Source: Podarcis vaucheri (taxonomy: Eukaryota). From it: a DNA stretch of 64,000 nt. Position 1 is the first letter of the stretch; each line of letters opens with the position of its first letter. The position numbers and the translations under genes are program-made. The notes beneath the pieces are model-generated. The model was not told the origin of the DNA and searched no databases. It saw only the letters and a list, made by a program, of their open reading frames with translations. This document shows positions 60,841 to 64,000 of the stretch, piece after piece. The stretch lies in the NCBI GenBank assembly GCA_965113315.1, contig OZ220377.1; one strand, 5' to 3'.

Positions 60841-61837
60841 TTGACTTGTAGTGTCAAAGACGGCAGTTTCTACATTATAAAGAGAGGGGAGCACGAGAGA
60901 AAATCCTACCATCAAAAGGGGAGCCTGAGGATGGTGAGCTGTTTACAGGAAGTAATTGTCCCTCAATTAATCGTTTATTTACACTATTGATCTTGCAATG
61001 TTTATGTGTCCCCTTTCGGTTCCACCCCTATTTGGAACTAGATCTTAGAATCATTTGATTGAATTCTGTATTCCATTATCTATGCTCTAGTAACTATGCA
61101 GTGACACAACACTCAGTGGAGACTATGCATACTCACCGGAGAATGTGCATATTGTCCAGAGAATGTACAAAATGCAGTTGAGATATGTACATTCACCAAG
61201 ACCTGTTGGGGTTTATAAATTAGTCAATATGCAAAAGGATAAAAAAGAAGAGAGAAATGAAAAAGGGAAATGGATGCACCTTAAATGCAGATACGTTTGT
61301 GAGGCACACATAAGGATTTGAAGATAGGAAGCTGCTGAGTCAAACCAGTAGTCCATGAAGTCCATCATGGCCTACTTTGACATTCAGCAGTGACTTTCTG
61401 AGTATTATAGGACTGTGAAATTTCCCAGCCCCAGAATTCTAGGCTTGGCTGGTGGGACACACTTACACAAGAGCTTTTCGAGCAAGAAAAATCCCACGGG
61501 AGATGTTCAGTTGTTTGGATTTGCTTAAAGCAGCTCTTTGGATCCTTTCCTTTGACTCTGAAAGCTCAGGGGAGGAACAAGAGAAACACACTCATGCTTC
61601 AAAATGGCTTAGCACTTGTACTAATAAAGGAAGAAGTTAAGTGGGGAAAGAGCAAGCTGTGATGGTTGTCCTTGACCTCTTCCCTAGTGTGCACCCCTCA
61701 GTTCCTCCATTCTCCCCCAAGGAGCCCTGCAGGAGCCTCATGTGGTAGGATGGGCAAGGATGCCCATTAGCACTGGGTTAAGTGTGGGTGCTGGAGATCG
61801 TTGTTCTAGCAGAATGGTACTGGAGCATGGAGGAACA

Positions 61838-62058
61838 GAACATACGAAAAGCTGCTGGATCAGGCCAATGGTCCATCTAGTCCTTCATCCTGTTCTCACA
61901 GTGGCCAACCAGATGCCTGTGGGAAACCCACAAGCAGGGCCCAAATGCAAGAACACTCTCCCATCCTGTGGTTCCAAGCAACTGGTGTTCAGAAGCATTA
62001 CTGTCTCCCATCATGGAGGCAGAACATAGCCATCATGGCTAATAGCTACCAATAGCCT
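61838..62058 (-). mobile_element. Old CR1-family 3' UTR
   Basis: GGATCAGGCCAATGGTCCATCTAGTCC...CAGTGGCCAACCAGATGCC, shared with the other copies. Confidence 0.75.
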
Positions 62059-62059
62059 T

Positions 62060-62200
62060 GATGGTGTGGATTGGCACATGAGGCTGAAGCTACGCAGCTC
62101 TGGGTCTGGTCAGTGCCTGGATGGGTGACCCCCATATTGGGTTCCATGGTAGGAGAAAGGAAGGTGGGGCAGAAATGCAAGAAAATAAATACATCCATCC
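62060..62200 (+). mobile_element. 5S rRNA-derived SINE fragment
   Basis: 62086-62130 matches the 5S rRNA internal control region GAAGCTAAGCAGGGTCGGGCCTGGTTAGTACTTGGATGGGAGACC at 35/45 nt. An L2/Squam3-like tail follows. Confidence 0.7.
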
Positions 62201-63869
62201 ATGCATATCCACCAACATTTGTGCTTTCCAACTTGTCTGATGCAGCACTTAGCTTTCAAAAATATATCCATCATATCTGAGTTTCTTTAGATGAATATAA
62301 CATACCCGAAAATGGATGACTGGCTTTAGCTGGAATTGCTGATCTCTGTCTGCCCTGTGTAAGTTTTTCATTTATTTTCTGCATTTCACTAGTAATTATT
62401 AGTACTCTTGTGATAACAATTTTTTTAAAAAAAGGAATTATAACAAAAGGAGTGTTTAAAAACGTGCATTTCAAAAGCAAATATTCATAGGAGTGTGTAT
62501 TTCAAGAGAAAAATGGTCTTAAAATATGTATTTGAATGCATTAAAAATGCAAATTGGTATTTATTTTTAAATGGCAGATTGATGAAGAAAGAATGGATTG
62601 ATGGGTGAAGAAGACATGCAGGAATGATGTGAGCAGGAAACAGTCTGTCTCTACTTTCTAGTCCCAATCATTTCCTGTAGCTCCCAAGGGCACCCAATGA
62701 GCTTCATCTGTGGTTCCCACAGACCACGTTCAAAAACTCAAATCTTTGCACCCTATGGGCTCTTGACAGCACAAAGAAAACCTCCACAGTGTCAGAGGTG
62801 GATTTAGGGCAGTGCGACCGGTTCCCCCACTCTGGGTGCTGAAGAGGCCACTGCAGGGCATTGCAACTCAAAAGGCAAGAGGCTGGGGGGATTGCATTTC
62901 GGCCTCACACAGGATGCTGCTGAAATCTGAAAGACCAAAGTCTGCCCCGACAGTATTGCCTTCCTGACTGGCAATCCTGCTCCACAATCCTGTTTCCTTG
63001 AGGCACAAACCCGAGTTCAGCTTCCCTCTCTCCTTCCAATGAAAAGGTTAGAGGGTGAGCAGAAAGGGCCTTTGGCTAATGAGGACACATCTCTCTGGCC
63101 CGGCATGATACATGACAGAAGAAAAGCCACTTCTGAGAAGATGAGCAGGGGAAGATGCAGGCAAACTCCTTCCCAGCCTCACATCCACTTCCTCGGCTTG
63201 TAGGAGAACCAGAACCAACCGACTTAAGAGAAACAAGGTCATGTTGCCTTGGCAGGGAAGCTCCTTTGAGATGAGAGAGACCACAGACTCTGTCACTCAA
63301 TTACTTGGGAGTTTTGCCTGACATGTGTACAATAAAGAATGCATAGGGGAAATAAGATCTGAATGGTTGGAGGCTTCATAGGTAAGGCAGCCTCCCCCCC
63401 CCCAATCTTTTGGAGGATGGCGGAGTTTGCAGAGCAGTAGTGTTGCCCACTGGTTCTCAATCTGTGCTTTGGAGAACCCTCAGGTGTCTTGGAAAGAACA
63501 AGAACCACAAGGGCAAACAATTCTTGTTAAAAGACAGCTGGCTGATTGCTGTCAATCTTTCCTTCCATATCAAGCCAGAGGGAAGAATTAGGCATCTCCT
63601 TGCTTGCAGTCTTGGTTCATATGGAGTAATGCTGAGGTTAGGGGTTATAGCCGGGGGGAGCACCCCACATGGTCCAACATGAATTTACCCCACCCAGTAA
63701 TGTTTAAAACAGACACCCCAGAATTCTAAATTGGAGCCTAAATTTAGGAGTTTTATTTTAGGCAAAAATGAGCTTTATTTTGAGATAGGAACATTTCCCA
63801 TTGGTGGTGAGGGGGTGGATATCCTTGGGTGTGGGTTTCCTCTATCTATATGCCCTGACCTTTGAATCT

Positions 63870-64000
63870 CATGGAACCATAGAACTGTAGAATAGGAAGG
63901 TACCCCCAGGGTCATCTAGTCTAACTGCCTGCAATGCAGGGATCTCAACTAAATCATGCATATAGAACACACAAGATTCCCCCAATTGCCACGCCAGGCC
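63870..64000 (-). mobile_element. CR1 3' end (runs off window)
   Basis: CATAGAACTGTAGAATAGGAAGGTACCCCCAGGGTCATCTAGTC, as at 40463. Confidence 0.7.

Noticed and set aside
62086-62130. 5S rRNA gene
   Set aside because: Only the internal control region matches (35/45); the 5' and 3' parts of 5S are absent. SINE-derived.

Overview
Vertebrate genomic DNA, almost certainly from a squamate and probably a lacertid lizard (Podarcis-like). This is inferred from its repeats: seven Sauria SINEs, Squam3- and Squam2-type tRNA SINEs, CR1, L2, L1, BovB and RTE-X LINE fragments, pogo/hAT MITEs, an internally deleted Mag-like Gypsy element and several solo LTRs. I recognise no host protein-coding gene. The long ORFs I can assign are retroelement-derived: a 5'-truncated but uninterrupted CR1 RT ORF (54473-56206), an L1 ORF2 C-terminus and a Gypsy integrase remnant. 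Between the repeats lie TE-free, TAAT-rich blocks resembling conserved non-coding enhancers, which suggests a large intron or gene desert. The most interesting observations are (1) an intact minimal hammerhead ribozyme in a Penelope-like fragment inserted into the Gypsy 3' LTR, (2) solo LTRs whose U3 carries an acidic-to-basic reading frame, (3) three phase-compatible small + strand exon candidates, (4) a 47-bp target-site duplication and (5) several multi-layer nested insertions. Family names come from motif recognition by eye, not database searches. Ends of degraded repeats are approximate.
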